DNA of 64,000 bases. It comes from an uncultured Ectothiorhodospiraceae bacterium. GTDB lineage: Bacteria; Pseudomonadota; Gammaproteobacteria; UBA9214. The DNA is taken from assembly GCA_964443845.1 (NCBI GenBank), contig CAYUFA010000007.1:742-64741 (forward strand), written 5' to 3'. The position numbers and the translations under genes are program-made. The notes under the pieces were generated by a model. That model was not told where the DNA came from. It searched no databases and saw only the letters and a list, made by a program, of their open reading frames with translations. Each line of letters starts with the position of its first letter. Positions within the stretch are counted from its first letter, which is position 1. Below are positions 46,726 to 57,360 of the stretch, piece by piece.

Positions 46726-48443
46726 ACCGGCGCATCGTGCGGCGTGAACTGCGGCGTTCACCGGAGGACTTTCCGGTGCAGTGGCCCGCCGTGCTCAGAC
46801 GCGTGTATGCCGCGCGCCGCGTGTCCGGGGCCGAGGACCTTGTCTATTCCCTCGACCGGCTGCACAAGCCGGCACTGCTGGGTGGAATGGAGCGCGCGGT
46901 CGATCTGCTGCAGCAGGCCATTACCGGGAACCGGCGTATCCTGGTGCTCGGCGACTTCGATGCCGACGGCGCCACCAGCTGCGCGCTGTGCCTGCGCGGC
47001 CTGCGTGCCATGGGCGCGCGCGACGTGCATTACCTGGTGCCGAACCGCTTCGCCTTTGGTTACGGGCTGACCCCGGAGATCGTCGAGGTGGCGCGTGCGC
47101 GGCAGCCCGGTCTCATCATGACCGTGGACAACGGCATCAGCAGCAACGCCGGTGTGGCCGCGGCGCGCGCCGCCGGGATCCAGGTGCTGGTGACGGACCA
47201 TCACCTGCCGGGTGCGCAATTGCCGGCCGCCGATGCCATCGTGAACCCGAACCTGCCGGGCGACCGCTTTCCCAGCAAGGCACTGGCCGGCGTGGGTGTG
47301 GCGTTCTACGTGCTGCTGGCCCTGCGGGCACGCTTGCGCGAGACCGGCTGGTTCGCGGCACAGGGGATCGAAGCGCCGCGCCTGGCGCAGTGGCTGGACC
47401 TGGTCGCGCTGGGTACGGTGGCCGACGTGGCGGCACTCGACGGCAACAATCGCATCCTGGTGCAGCAGGGCTTGCAGCGCATCCGCGCCGGTTGCTGCGT
47501 GCCCGGACTCCGGGCCCTGCTGGAGGCCGGCGGGCGCAACCCGGCACGCGTGGTGGCCAGCGACCTGGGGTTTGCCGCAGGGCCGCGACTCAACGCGGCG
47601 GGACGGCTGGAAGACATGTCGCTCGGGATCGAGTGCCTGCTGACGGACGATCCGGACCGGGCGCGCACGATGGCCGCGCAACTGGATGCGCTGAACCGCG
47701 ACCGGCGCGAGATCGAGGCGGAGATGCAGGTGCAGGCGCTGGCGATCGTCGAACGGCTGCAGCTCGATGCGGCCGGGCTGCCGACCGGCCTGTGCCTGTT
47801 CGAGCCGGACTGGCACCAGGGCGTGATCGGCATACTGGCCTCCCGCATCAAGGAGCGGTTGCATCGGCCGGTGATCGCCTTTGCACGCGCCGGTGACGGC
47901 GCGCTCAAGGGCTCGGCGCGTTCCGTGACCGGCCTGCACGTGCGCGATGCGCTGGAGCGCGTGGCCACGCGCCAGCCCGGGCTGATCGCGAAGTTCGGCG
48001 GACACGCGATGGCGGCGGGCCTGACACTCGCCGAGGCGGATTTCACCCGCTTTGCGGCGGCCTTCGATGCGGTGGTGGCGGAGCAGCTGTCCCCGGAAGA
48101 CCTGTATGCGCGCATCTACTCGGATGGCGCGCTGACCGCGGCGGAACTGACGCTGGACACGGCACAGCAACTGCGTGCCGGCGGTCCCTGGGGGCAGGAA
48201 TTCCCGGAACCCGTGTTCGATGGCGTGTTTGAGATCCTGGGCCAGCGTGTGGTCGGTGCACGGCACCTGCGCCTGACCCTCCGGCCCGCGGCCGGTGCAT
48301 GCAACATCGAGGCGATTGCCTTCAATACGGCGCCGGTTCCGGTGCATTGCCGCACGGTGCACCTGGCCTATCGACTGGACGTGAACGAATACCGCGGCCT
48401 GGTCAGTCCGCAGCTGGTGGTGGACTACCTGGCGGGTGGTTGA
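46722..48443 (+). CDS. recJ: single-stranded-DNA-specific exonuclease RecJ
   Basis: DHH (VLGDFDADGATS...VTDHH) and DHHA1 domains plus a C-terminal OB fold. 573 aa. Confidence 0.9.
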   Translation: MNRRIVRRELRRSPEDFPVQWPAVLRRVYAARRVSGAEDLVYSLDRLHKPALLGGMERAVDLLQQAITGNRRILVLGDFDADGATSCALCLRGLRAMGARDVHYLVPNRFAFGYGLTPEIVEVARARQPGLIMTVDNGISSNAGVAAARAAGIQVLVTDHHLPGAQLPAADAIVNPNLPGDRFPSKALAGVGVAFYVLLALRARLRETGWFAAQGIEAPRLAQWLDLVALGTVADVAALDGNNRILVQQGLQRIRAGCCVPGLRALLEAGGRNPARVVASDLGFAAGPRLNAAGRLEDMSLGIECLLTDDPDRARTMAAQLDALNRDRREIEAEMQVQALAIVERLQLDAAGLPTGLCLFEPDWHQGVIGILASRIKERLHRPVIAFARAGDGALKGSARSVTGLHVRDALERVATRQPGLIAKFGGHAMAAGLTLAEADFTRFAAAFDAVVAEQLSPEDLYARIYSDGALTAAELTLDTAQQLRAGGPWGQEFPEPVFDGVFEILGQRVVGARHLRLTLRPAAGACNIEAIAFNTAPVPVHCRTVHLAYRLDVNEYRGLVSPQLVVDYLAGG

Positions 48444-48563
48444 GAGCTCCGCAATCGGCGCGCGCCGGCGACAGGCAGCGGTGCGTATGGTACGCAGCTG
48501 GCCCGGCCGCGGATGGCGTAGTATGATTCGCGTCTATTTTTCAGCGCTTAGAACATCTTATCC

Positions 48564-49662
48564 ATGGCCGACCTGACCTCCATCCGAACCCACCTCAAGG
48601 ATCTCGACGGGCGTACCGCGAGCCTTAGGGGGTACCTTTGACCTCGATGCCCGGGCGGAACGCCTGACCGAGGTTACCCGTGAACTGGAACAGCCCAACA
48701 TCTGGGACAACCCGGAACGTGCGCAGGAACTGGGCCGGGAGCGTGCCCGGCTGGAGGAAACGGTCGGGTCGCTGACCCGGCTCCTGCAGTCCGTGGCCGA
48801 TGCCGGTGAACTGGCGGAGGTGGCGGCAGACGAGGGTGACCAGGCGCTGCTGGATGACATCGCCGCAGACCTGGAAGGCATCGAGCGCGAGGTGGCCGGG
48901 CTGGAATTCCGGCGCATGTTTTCCGGCGAGATGGACGAGGAAAATGCCTTCCTGGATATCCAGGCCGGCTCCGGAGGGACCGAGGCACAGGACTGGGCCG
49001 AGATGCTGCTGCGCATGTACCTGCGCTGGGGGGAGCGGCACGGTTTCAAGGCGGAGCTGATCGAGGTTTCACCCGGTGAAGTGGCCGGCATCAAGAGCGC
49101 GACCGTGAAGTTCGACGGACCGTATGCATTTGGCTGGCTGCGCACCGAGATCGGTGTGCACCGGCTGGTGCGCAAGTCTCCGTTCGATTCGGGCAACCGG
49201 CGCCACACCTCGTTTGCCGCGGTGTTCGTTTCGCCCGAGGTCGCCGACGATTTCGAGATCGACATCAATCCGGCCGACCTGCGCATCGATGTCTACCGCG
49301 CCAGCGGTGCCGGCGGCCAGCATGTGAACCGCACCGAGTCCGCGGTGCGTATCACGCACGAGCCATCCGGGATCGTGGTGCAGTGCCAGAATGACCGTTC
49401 GCAGCACAAGAACAAGGCCACCGCGATGAAACAGCTGAAATCCAAACTCTACGAGATGGAGATGCAGAAACGCACCGCGGACCGGCAGACCCTGGAAGAC
49501 AGCAAGTCCGACATCGGCTGGGGCAGCCAGATCCGTTCCTACGTGCTCGACCAGTCCCGCATCAAGGACCTGCGCACCGGCGTGGAGATCGGCAACACCC
49601 AGGCGGTGCTGGACGGCGATCTGGACGAGTTCATCGAGGCGAGCCTGAAGAGCGGGCTGTAA
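48564..49662 (+). CDS. prfB: peptide chain release factor 2 with programmed +1 frameshift: join(48564..48638, 48640..49662)
   Basis: Frame 0 reads [25 protein letters not shown] then TGA at 48639-48641. The +1 frame continues [29 protein letters not shown]... through the GGQ motif ([21 protein letters not shown]) to TAA 49660-49662. The ORF track reports only the downstream part from an internal Met (48793). Confidence 0.9.
48627..48642 (+). promoter_or_regulatory. prfB autoregulatory +1 frameshift site: SD-like AGGGGG, spacer TAC, slippery CTT, then TGA C
   Basis: AGG GGG TAC CTT TGA C is a near-perfect match to the E. coli prfB site (AGG GGG TAT CTT TGA C), at codon 25-26 exactly as in E. 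coli. Confidence 0.85.
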
Positions 49663-49688
49663 GCGCGGATACCCACGGGGCTGAACCC

Positions 49689-51173
49689 ATGACCGACGAG
49701 GACGAAAACGCACTCATCGCCCGGCGCCGCAGCAAGTTGCAGGCGTTACGCGATGTCGGCAATCCCTTTCCCAACGACTTCCGGCGCAATGCCGTGGCCG
49801 GCGAACTGCATGCGGAGTACGGGGACAGGGACAACGAGACGCTGGAAGCCGGCCCGGTGCGCGTCAAGGTGGCCGGTCGGCTGATGGCCAAGCGCATCAT
49901 GGGCAAGGCCGCGTTCGCTCAGATCCAGGACATGTCCGGGCGCATCCAGATCTTTCTGCAACGGGACAACCTTCCGGAGGGCCTGTACCAGGATTTCAGG
50001 GGCTGGGACATCGGGGACATCATCGCCGCAGAGGGCGTACTGTTCCGGACCAGGACCGGCGAGCTGTCGGTGCGTGTCGACGGCCTGCGCATGCTGACCA
50101 AGTCGCTGCGGCCGCTGCCGGAGAAATTCCATGGCCTGTCCGACCAGGAGACGCGCTACCGGCAGCGCTATGTCGACCTGATCATGAACGAGTCCGCGCG
50201 CGCAACTTTCCGCATGCGCAGCCGCATCGTGCAGTATATCCGCGACTACCTGAACCGGCTGGATTTCCTGGAAGTGGAAACGCCGATGATGCAGGCCATC
50301 CCCGGCGGCGCCACGGCACGCCCGTTCACCACCTTTCACAACGCGCTGGAAATGGAACTGTTCCTGCGCATCGCACCGGAACTGTACCTGAAGCGCCTGG
50401 TGGTCGGCGGCTACGAGAAGGTCTACGAGATCAACCGCAATTTCCGCAACGAAGGGCTGTCCACGCGCCACAACCCCGAATTCACCATGCTGGAGTTCTA
50501 CCAGGCCTACGCGGACTACCGCGACCTGATGGATCTCACGGAGGACCTGCTGCGCAGCATGGCGCGCGATCTGCTGGATACCACCACGCTTCACTACCAG
50601 GGCAATGACTACGATTTCGGCAAGCCGTTCCGGCGCATGACCGTGCGCGAGTCCATCCTGCACTTCAACCCGGACCTGACCGGTGCGGATCTCGACAACA
50701 TCGACACCGCGGCGGCCATTGCGAGGCTGCTGGGGATTCCGCTCAAGGACAGTTACGGGCTCGGCAAGATCCAGATCGAGATCTTCGAGAAGACGGTCGA
50801 AGGCAGGCTCGACGATCCCACGTTCATCACCGCCTATCCGACCGAGGTCTCGCCGCTGGCGCGCCGCAACGATGCGGACCCGTTCGTGACCGACCGCTTC
50901 GAGTTCTTCACGGGCGGGCGCGAGATCGCCAACGGCTTCTCCGAGCTGAACGATGCCGAGGACCAGGCGGAACGCTTCCGTCGCCAGGTGGAGGACAAGG
51001 AGGCCGGAGACCTCGAGGCCATGCATTTCGACGCCGATTACATCCGGGCGCTGGAACACGGCATGCCACCGACGGCGGGTGAGGGCATCGGTATCGACCG
51101 CCTCGTCATGCTGTTCACGGATTCAGCGTCGATCCGGGACGTGTTGCTGTTCCCGCACATGCGTCCGGAATAG
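49689..51173 (+). CDS. lysS: lysine--tRNA ligase (class II)
   Basis: Anticodon-binding OB fold plus class II motifs 1-3 ([28 protein letters not shown]). prfB-lysS order as in E. coli. Confidence 0.95.
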   Translation: MTDEDENALIARRRSKLQALRDVGNPFPNDFRRNAVAGELHAEYGDRDNETLEAGPVRVKVAGRLMAKRIMGKAAFAQIQDMSGRIQIFLQRDNLPEGLYQDFRGWDIGDIIAAEGVLFRTRTGELSVRVDGLRMLTKSLRPLPEKFHGLSDQETRYRQRYVDLIMNESARATFRMRSRIVQYIRDYLNRLDFLEVETPMMQAIPGGATARPFTTFHNALEMELFLRIAPELYLKRLVVGGYEKVYEINRNFRNEGLSTRHNPEFTMLEFYQAYADYRDLMDLTEDLLRSMARDLLDTTTLHYQGNDYDFGKPFRRMTVRESILHFNPDLTGADLDNIDTAAAIARLLGIPLKDSYGLGKIQIEIFEKTVEGRLDDPTFITAYPTEVSPLARRNDADPFVTDRFEFFTGGREIANGFSELNDAEDQAERFRRQVEDKEAGDLEAMHFDADYIRALEHGMPPTAGEGIGIDRLVMLFTDSASIRDVLLFPHMRPE

Positions 51174-51197
51174 AGATTCGCAACGGAGGGTGGCTGC

Positions 51198-51878
51198 ATG
51201 GACAAACTGAAGGCGTTTCTGAAAACCTCCCTGCTCGGCGGGCTGGTCGTAATCCTGCCGGTGGCCATCCTGGCCTCGGTGACGCTGTGGATCTTCCGTA
51301 TCGTCACCGGAATGATCGCACCGCTGACGCGGATGCTGATCAAGGACTCGCAGCTCAACGGCTTTGCGGCGGATGTCATCGTGATCATCCTGATCATGGC
51401 GGTCTGTTTCTTCGTCGGTGTACTGGTGCGCACGCGGCTGGGTGGTTTTCTGTACCGGGTGCTGGAGACCCGTATCCTGAAACTGGCCCCGGGTTATTCC
51501 ATGATCAAGGATACGGTGTTGCAGTTGTTCGGCAGCCGCGAGAACTCGCCGTTTTCCTCGGTCGCGGTGGCCAGGATCTTCGGCAATGACACGCGCGTGA
51601 CGGCCTTTATCACGGACAAGCATGCCGATGGCAGTTACACCCTGTTCGTTCCCACCGGACCCAATCCGACCTCGGGGCTCATCTACCACGTGGACGGCAA
51701 GTATGTGGAGCCGGTTGCCGCGCCGGTGCAGGACGCGATGCGCACGATCATCAGTTGCGGTGCCGGCTCGGCAAAGCTGTTGCGGGATTACCACGCAACC
51801 CGCGATGCAGGACAGGATCTCAACGCCGCGAATCGGTCGTCAGGACCAGACGTGGACCCTGCGAGGAGCGGGGATTAA
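51198..51878 (+). CDS. DUF502 family membrane protein
   Basis: Two N-terminal TM helices (LKTSLLGGLVVILPVAILASV...) followed by the soluble DUF502-like region. Confidence 0.55.
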   Translation: MDKLKAFLKTSLLGGLVVILPVAILASVTLWIFRIVTGMIAPLTRMLIKDSQLNGFAADVIVIILIMAVCFFVGVLVRTRLGGFLYRVLETRILKLAPGYSMIKDTVLQLFGSRENSPFSSVAVARIFGNDTRVTAFITDKHADGSYTLFVPTGPNPTSGLIYHVDGKYVEPVAAPVQDAMRTIISCGAGSAKLLRDYHATRDAGQDLNAANRSSGPDVDPARSGD

Positions 51879-51962
51879 CCTGCGTCTGCCGCTGCGTGGC
51901 CCCGTACCGGAGCAGGGTCCGCAACGCCGCGTGGGCGGCCGCAGTGCATGCCGGGACAGCCG

Positions 51963-53516
51963 CTAGTCGTTGCGGGCCAGGTCGGTGACATCGATGTGCA
52001 GCTGCAGGTGCTGGCCCGGCACCAGGGTGTCGCTTTTCAGTTCGTTCCAGCGGCGCAGGTCCCTGACCGAGACCTCGAACTTCTTCGCGATCCGGTAGAG
52101 TGAATCACCGCGCCGGACCGTGTAGTGGATGGTGCGGACATGGGGGTTGGCGGAGCGAACCGCGATGCGCAGGTGCTGGCCGGGCCGGATCACACTGTGC
52201 CCGGACAGTCCATTCCAGCCGCGCAGCTGACTGACGCTCACCCCGTACCTGCGGGAGATACTCCACAGGCTTTCACCGTTACGCACGGTGTGGACGGAGC
52301 GGATGGCCACGCGCTGCTGTGGGAGCAGGGCGAGTTCGTTGGGTGTGGTGGCGCCGGTTCGAATCAGCAGGTCCTGGCCGGGCCGGATCAGGGTGCCCCT
52401 GAGGTGGTTGGATGCCTGCAGTACCTGCACCCTGGTGTGGTACCGTGCGGCGATCCCGGACAGGGTTTCACCGCGTTTGACCGTATGCCGGACGCTGCGT
52501 ATGCGCTTGTCGTCCGGCAGGTTGTCGAGGTTGTCCAGGAAGGTGCCCAGCCGGTCGACGGGGATGGCGAGTTGCTGCGGCCCGTCCGGGTGGGTGGCCA
52601 GGCGGTTGAAGCCCGGGTTCAGCTGCAACAGTTCCCCGGTTTTCATCCCTGCCAGTTCGGCCGCGATCCCCAGGTCGATCTGACCGTCGATATCGACCAC
52701 GATGAAGGACGGGCTTGCCTCGATCGGTTCGAGTGATACCCCGTAGCGTCCCGGATGCTGCACGATCTCGCGGATCGCCAGCAGACGGGGGACATAATCC
52801 ATGGTTTGCGCCGGCAGCCGCAGGTGCCAGTAATCGGTGGGCCGGCCCGCTTTCCGGTTGTGCCCGATGGCGGTGTGGACGGTACCGCTGCCGGCGTTGT
52901 AGGCAGCGAGTGCCAGCAGCCAGTCGCCGTCGAATTCCTGGTGCAGGCTGCCGAGGTGATCGAGCGCGGCCTGGGTGGAGGCAACCACGTCGCGGCGCCC
53001 GTCGTACCACCAGTCCTGTTCCAGGCCGTAGGACTTGCCGGTGCCCGGGATGAACTGCCAGAGACCGGCGGCCCGGCCGGTGGAATACGCGAACGGGTCA
53101 TAGCCACTTTCCACGAACGGCAGCAGGGCCAGCGAGGTCGGGAAACCGCGCTGTTGTACCTCGCCCAGGATGTAGGCCATATAGGGGGAGGCCCGTTTGA
53201 ACACCTTTTCCACCTGGGCCGGGTTCCGGCTGTAGGCCCGGATTTGCCGCTCGACCCGGGCGTGATCCTCACCGTCCAGCCGGAAGCCCTGGCGCATCTG
53301 CTTCCAGAGACCGGGGGTCGCGGCTGCGGCATCCGCAGTCGCTGACGGCTCTCCGGCCGTGTCGGAGGGAGGAGTGTTGCCGGCACCCGGGGCGGCTTGC
53401 GGCGCGTAGCCATTCGCCGGTCCGGTGCGGGCGGCATCGCGGTTGCCGTGCAGCACGGCGCAACCTCCGATCAGGAGGGCGCTCAGCACGGGCAGGATGG
53501 CGCGCAACATGCTCAT
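51963..53516 (-). CDS. mltD: membrane-bound lytic murein transglycosylase D (SLT domain plus 3 LysM)
   Basis: Lipoprotein signal LIGGC. SLT catalytic region (ESGYDPFAYSTGRAAGLWQFIPGTG...AYNAG) followed by three LysM repeats (HTVKRGETLSGIA, HTVRNGESLWSIS, YTVRRGDSLYRIA). Confidence 0.85.
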   Translation of the reverse strand: MSMLRAILPVLSALLIGGCAVLHGNRDAARTGPANGYAPQAAPGAGNTPPSDTAGEPSATADAAAATPGLWKQMRQGFRLDGEDHARVERQIRAYSRNPAQVEKVFKRASPYMAYILGEVQQRGFPTSLALLPFVESGYDPFAYSTGRAAGLWQFIPGTGKSYGLEQDWWYDGRRDVVASTQAALDHLGSLHQEFDGDWLLALAAYNAGSGTVHTAIGHNRKAGRPTDYWHLRLPAQTMDYVPRLLAIREIVQHPGRYGVSLEPIEASPSFIVVDIDGQIDLGIAAELAGMKTGELLQLNPGFNRLATHPDGPQQLAIPVDRLGTFLDNLDNLPDDKRIRSVRHTVKRGETLSGIAARYHTRVQVLQASNHLRGTLIRPGQDLLIRTGATTPNELALLPQQRVAIRSVHTVRNGESLWSISRRYGVSVSQLRGWNGLSGHSVIRPGQHLRIAVRSANPHVRTIHYTVRRGDSLYRIAKKFEVSVRDLRRWNELKSDTLVPGQHLQLHIDVTDLARND

Positions 53517-53734
53517 ATCGTTACGGTATCGACGCTGTTCGTTCAGCCTTGAGGCGGGTTGAGAGAGACGCCTTACGGATGCTGTTCCCGGCCGGCGACC
53601 TTCCTTGCAAAGGTTGGCCCGGAATGCATTTTTTACGTATGCTGACAGCCCCTCCCGGGGACGTCAAATACTTTTGAGGCGTGTGGTTTTTATGGTGCGC
53701 ACAAGACCGGGTTCCGGTATATGATTTCATTGTG

Positions 53735-54499
53735 ATGAATCAGGAAGTTACCGCCAGTGCGCGTGCGCGGGGTCTGCACGCATGGTATCAACGGCCGCTG
53801 GGCAGGGCGCTCGCCCGTGCCGAGCAGCAGGCACTGGCCGGCCAGTTGCCCAACCTGTTCGGCTACCACCTCGTCGTCATCGACCCGCCGTGGGAGGAAT
53901 GCAAGCTCGATGACAGCCGCATCACCCACCAGGTCATCCAGCGCGCGGCGTTAACCATTGCACCACAGGCCAGCCTGGCGGCCAATCCGCAGCACTGGCC
54001 GATCCAGACCGATTCCGTGGATGCCATTATCCTGCCGCACACCCTCGAACTGACCGCCAACCCGCACCAGGTACTGCGCGAGGCGGATCGTTGCCTGATT
54101 CCGGATGGGCACCTGGTGATCCTCGGCTTCAATCCGTTCAGCCTGTGGGGCGCCCGGCAAGTGCTGACCCGGCGCACCGATCGCCCGCCCTGGAGCAGCC
54201 GTTTCCGCAGTCAGCACCGGGTCATGGACTGGCTCGGTCTGCTCGGTTTCGAAACCCTGCACAGCCAGTACCTGTTCCAGCGTCCGCCGCTGCAGAGCGA
54301 GCGCATCCTGCGCAAGCTGCAGTTTCTGGAACCGGCGCACGGCACCGGCCGGATGCTGCTGTCCGCCGGGTACATCCTGCTGGCGCGCAAACGCAGTATT
54401 CTGGTGACCCCGTTGCGCGAGGCGCAGCGCACCCGCAAGCGGCTGTTCCCGGTCGGAATGCCGACCTCCACGCAAGGCAATGTCCGCAGGGTCCGCTGA
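53735..54499 (+). CDS. YafS-like SAM-dependent methyltransferase
   Basis: [21 protein letters not shown] and [11 protein letters not shown] match E. coli YafS, which also precedes rnhA-dnaQ. Starts at ATG 53735; the ORF-track 53681 is an upstream extension. Confidence 0.65.
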   Translation: MNQEVTASARARGLHAWYQRPLGRALARAEQQALAGQLPNLFGYHLVVIDPPWEECKLDDSRITHQVIQRAALTIAPQASLAANPQHWPIQTDSVDAIILPHTLELTANPHQVLREADRCLIPDGHLVILGFNPFSLWGARQVLTRRTDRPPWSSRFRSQHRVMDWLGLLGFETLHSQYLFQRPPLQSERILRKLQFLEPAHGTGRMLLSAGYILLARKRSILVTPLREAQRTRKRLFPVGMPTSTQGNVRRVR

Positions 54500-54938
54500 A
54501 ACCGAAATCTTTACCGATGGCGCCTGCCGGGGAAATCCCGGACCGGGTGGCTGGGGCGTATTGTTGCGTCACAATGGGCATGAGAAGACGCTCTACGGCG
54601 CCGAACCGCTGACCACCAACAACCGGATGGAGCTGATGGCCGCGATCCGTGCGCTGGAGAGCCTGAAGCGTCCCTGCCGGATACGGCTGGTGACCGATTC
54701 GCAGTACGTCCAGAAAGGTATCAGCGAATGGCTGCCGGGCTGGAAGCGGCGCGGGTGGAAGACCGCGGACCGCAAGCCGGTCAAGAATGTCGATCTCTGG
54801 CAGCGTCTCGACAGCGCCACGCGGGGGCATGACATCCGCTGGCAGTGGATACGCGGTCACAGCGGGCATCCGGAAAACGAGCAGGCCGACGCGCTGGCCA
54901 ATCGCGCCATCGATGAACTGTTACAACAGCAGGGGTAG
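54480..54938 (+). CDS. rnhA: ribonuclease HI
   Basis: [15 protein letters not shown]...TNNRMEL...DSQYV...H motifs. 152 aa. Overlaps the yafS-like 3' end by 20 nt. Confidence 0.9.
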   Translation: MSAGSAETEIFTDGACRGNPGPGGWGVLLRHNGHEKTLYGAEPLTTNNRMELMAAIRALESLKRPCRIRLVTDSQYVQKGISEWLPGWKRRGWKTADRKPVKNVDLWQRLDSATRGHDIRWQWIRGHSGHPENEQADALANRAIDELLQQQG

Positions 54939-54941
54939 TCA

Positions 54942-55652
54942 ATGCGCCAGGTAGTGCTGGATACCGAAACCACCGGTCTGGAACCGGCGGAGGGCCATCG
55001 CATCATCGAGATCGGCTGTGTCGAGATCGAGGACCGGCGGGTCACCGGAAGGACCTACCACCAGTATATCCAGCCCGACCGGGAGATCGATGCCGGGGCC
55101 ATCGAGGTGCACGGGATCACCAACGAATCGCTGAGTGACAAGCCGCGTTTTCCCGACATCGTCACGGAGTTCATCGAGTTTGTGCGGGACGCAGAACTGG
55201 TCATTCACAACGCGGCGTTTGACGTCGGCTTCATCAACCACGAATTCGGTCTGCTGGATCCCTCGCCCGGAACGCTGGACCGGTACTGCAGCGTGCTGGA
55301 CACGCTGGCGCTGGCGCGGCGCATGCACCCGGGGCAGCGCAACAGCCTCGATGCCCTGTGCCGGCGCTATGCCATCGACAACTCGCAGCGGGAATTGCAC
55401 GGCGCCTTGCTGGATGCCGAGATCCTGGCCGACGTGTACCTGGCCATGACCGGTGGCCAGGTCAGCCTGTCCCTGGATACTGCCGGCGGCAGCATGCAGC
55501 GCGAGGAGGAGCGGGTCATCCGGCGCCTGCCCGCCGACCGGCCGGCGCTGAAGGTCGTGCGGGCTACCGCCGACGAGGCAGCGGCCCACGAGGCCTACCT
55601 CGACATGATCGCCGCCAAGGCCGACGGCGGCGTACTCTGGCGGCGGCTGTAG
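54942..55652 (+). CDS. dnaQ: DNA polymerase III epsilon subunit (3'-5' proofreading exonuclease)
   Basis: Exo motifs VVLDTETTGL, HNAAFDVGF and HGALLDAEILADVY. 236 aa. Confidence 0.9.
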   Translation: MRQVVLDTETTGLEPAEGHRIIEIGCVEIEDRRVTGRTYHQYIQPDREIDAGAIEVHGITNESLSDKPRFPDIVTEFIEFVRDAELVIHNAAFDVGFINHEFGLLDPSPGTLDRYCSVLDTLALARRMHPGQRNSLDALCRRYAIDNSQRELHGALLDAEILADVYLAMTGGQVSLSLDTAGGSMQREEERVIRRLPADRPALKVVRATADEAAAHEAYLDMIAAKADGGVLWRRL

Positions 55653-55682
55653 CCGGCTGGCCCGGCTGACGTCACCGGCAGG

Positions 55683-57116
55683 TCAGGCCGGACCGAACGT
55701 GCCGGCATTGATCCACATGTGGGCGAGGATGCTGGCCGCATAGCCCGCCAGGATTGCCGGTGTCCACTTGAGGTGGCCGAAAAAGGTGTACTTCCCGCGC
55801 GCCTGGCCCATCAATGCGACACCGGCGGCGGAACCGATGGAAAACAGGCTGCCGCCGACGCCGGCGGTCAGCGTGACCAGCAGCCATTGTCCCAGTGCCA
55901 TGTCCGGGTGCATGTTCAGGACGGCGAACATCACCGGGATATTGTCCACGATCGCGGACAGGAACCCGATCGCGGTATTCGCCACCGTGGCGCCCATACC
56001 GGTGTAGAGGACATTGGATGCCAGCGCCAGGTAACCGATCAGGCCCAGTGCGCCCACGCACAGGACGACCCCGTAGAAGAACAGCAGCGTATCCCACTCG
56101 GCCCGCGCCAGCCGCTGGAAGAAATCGAAACCGCTTTTGGCCGCGCCACCCATGGCAACCTGCCCGGTATCCGCTTCGCCGGGGTAGCCGTTGGGATGGT
56201 CGGGTGTCTGCTTCAGGTAGTAACTCAGCAGCTGCAGGTAGGCCAGGCCGGTCATCATCCCGAGAAAAGGCGGGAGATGCAGGAAATTGTGGAAGCTGAC
56301 GGCGGTGAAGATGGTGCAGGCAAACAGGAAAATGACGCGCTTTGCGCCGCGCCGCAAGCTGACCTGCTCGGTGACCGGAGCGGGTTTCCCCGACGGCACG
56401 GCGAAATGCATGATCGCCGCGGGCACCACGAAATTGACCAGTGAAGGTACGAACAGCAGGAAAAAGGTATTGAAGTGTACCCGGCCGCTTTGCCAGACCA
56501 TCAGCGTGGTGATGTCGCCGAACGGCGAGAACGCACCGCCCGCGTTGGCCGCCACCACGATGTTGATGCAGCCAAGACCGACAAAACGCTCGTTGTCCTT
56601 GCCCACGGCCAGCAGGACGGCACACATCACCAGTGCGGTCGTCAGGTTGTCCAGTACCGGCGAGAGGAAGAAGGCGATAAACCCGGTAATCCAGAACAGT
56701 TGCCGGTAACCGAATCCCCTGCGTACCAGCCAGGCACGCAGGGCCTCGAACACCTGGCGCTCGTCCATCGTGTTGACATAGGTCATGGCCGAGAGCAGGA
56801 ACAGGAACAGTTCGGCGAACTCCAGGGTATTGTGGCGCAGTGCGCTTTCCACGATGCTGTGATCCGCCTGTCCCCGGTATGCCAGCGCGATCATTCCCCA
56901 GATCACGCCGGCGGCAAGAATCACCGGTTTGGACTTGCGCAGGTCCGTGAATTCCTCGGCCATCACCACCAGGTAGGCGAAGCAGAAAATTCCCAGGGCC
57001 ACCATGCCGGTGGTCGTTCCGGTCAGGTCCAGGGTGCCTGATCCCGGCAGGTTGCCGGAAGCCAGGGCAGGGGAACAGCCAAGCAGGAGCGGGGCGAGTA
57101 TCCGGAGCGGTTGCAT
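55683..57116 (-). CDS. nhaD: NhaD-type Na+/H+ antiporter (ArsB/NhaD permease superfamily)
   Basis: Real start MQPLRILAPLLLGCSPALA (signal-like). About 477 aa with 11-13 TM helices and duplicated NhaD/ArsB-like repeats. The ORF-track 615-aa version is an N-terminal low-complexity extension. Confidence 0.6.
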   Translation of the reverse strand: MQPLRILAPLLLGCSPALASGNLPGSGTLDLTGTTTGMVALGIFCFAYLVVMAEEFTDLRKSKPVILAAGVIWGMIALAYRGQADHSIVESALRHNTLEFAELFLFLLSAMTYVNTMDERQVFEALRAWLVRRGFGYRQLFWITGFIAFFLSPVLDNLTTALVMCAVLLAVGKDNERFVGLGCINIVVAANAGGAFSPFGDITTLMVWQSGRVHFNTFFLLFVPSLVNFVVPAAIMHFAVPSGKPAPVTEQVSLRRGAKRVIFLFACTIFTAVSFHNFLHLPPFLGMMTGLAYLQLLSYYLKQTPDHPNGYPGEADTGQVAMGGAAKSGFDFFQRLARAEWDTLLFFYGVVLCVGALGLIGYLALASNVLYTGMGATVANTAIGFLSAIVDNIPVMFAVLNMHPDMALGQWLLVTLTAGVGGSLFSIGSAAGVALMGQARGKYTFFGHLKWTPAILAGYAASILAHMWINAGTFGPA

Positions 57117-57360
57117 GCTTCGCACTGTCAGTCCCTTTATCGGTGGGTGCGCAGGGGAGGCATGGTAACACAGTGAATCTGTGTGAGTATTACCGCTGAC
57201 AGGGCGCCGGGGCAGGCCGTTGCCCGGTAACGCGCTGCGCGTCATTTGCCTGCGGGGTGGATTCGACGCAGTAGCGCCGTCAGCCGCCGATCCCGCCGGC
57301 AGCGCAGGCGCAGGACGCTGTCCGCGCGGCGGGTACGGGCACGGCGGACCGGAACGATTG

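Noticed and set aside
55672-57171. 499-aa minus-strand ORF in a different frame from nhaD, and the 615-aa N-terminal extension of the nhaD ORF itself.
   Set aside because: Translations are low-complexity with no TM pattern. The hydrophobic transporter frame with signal-peptide-like MQPLRILAPLLLGC is the plausible gene.
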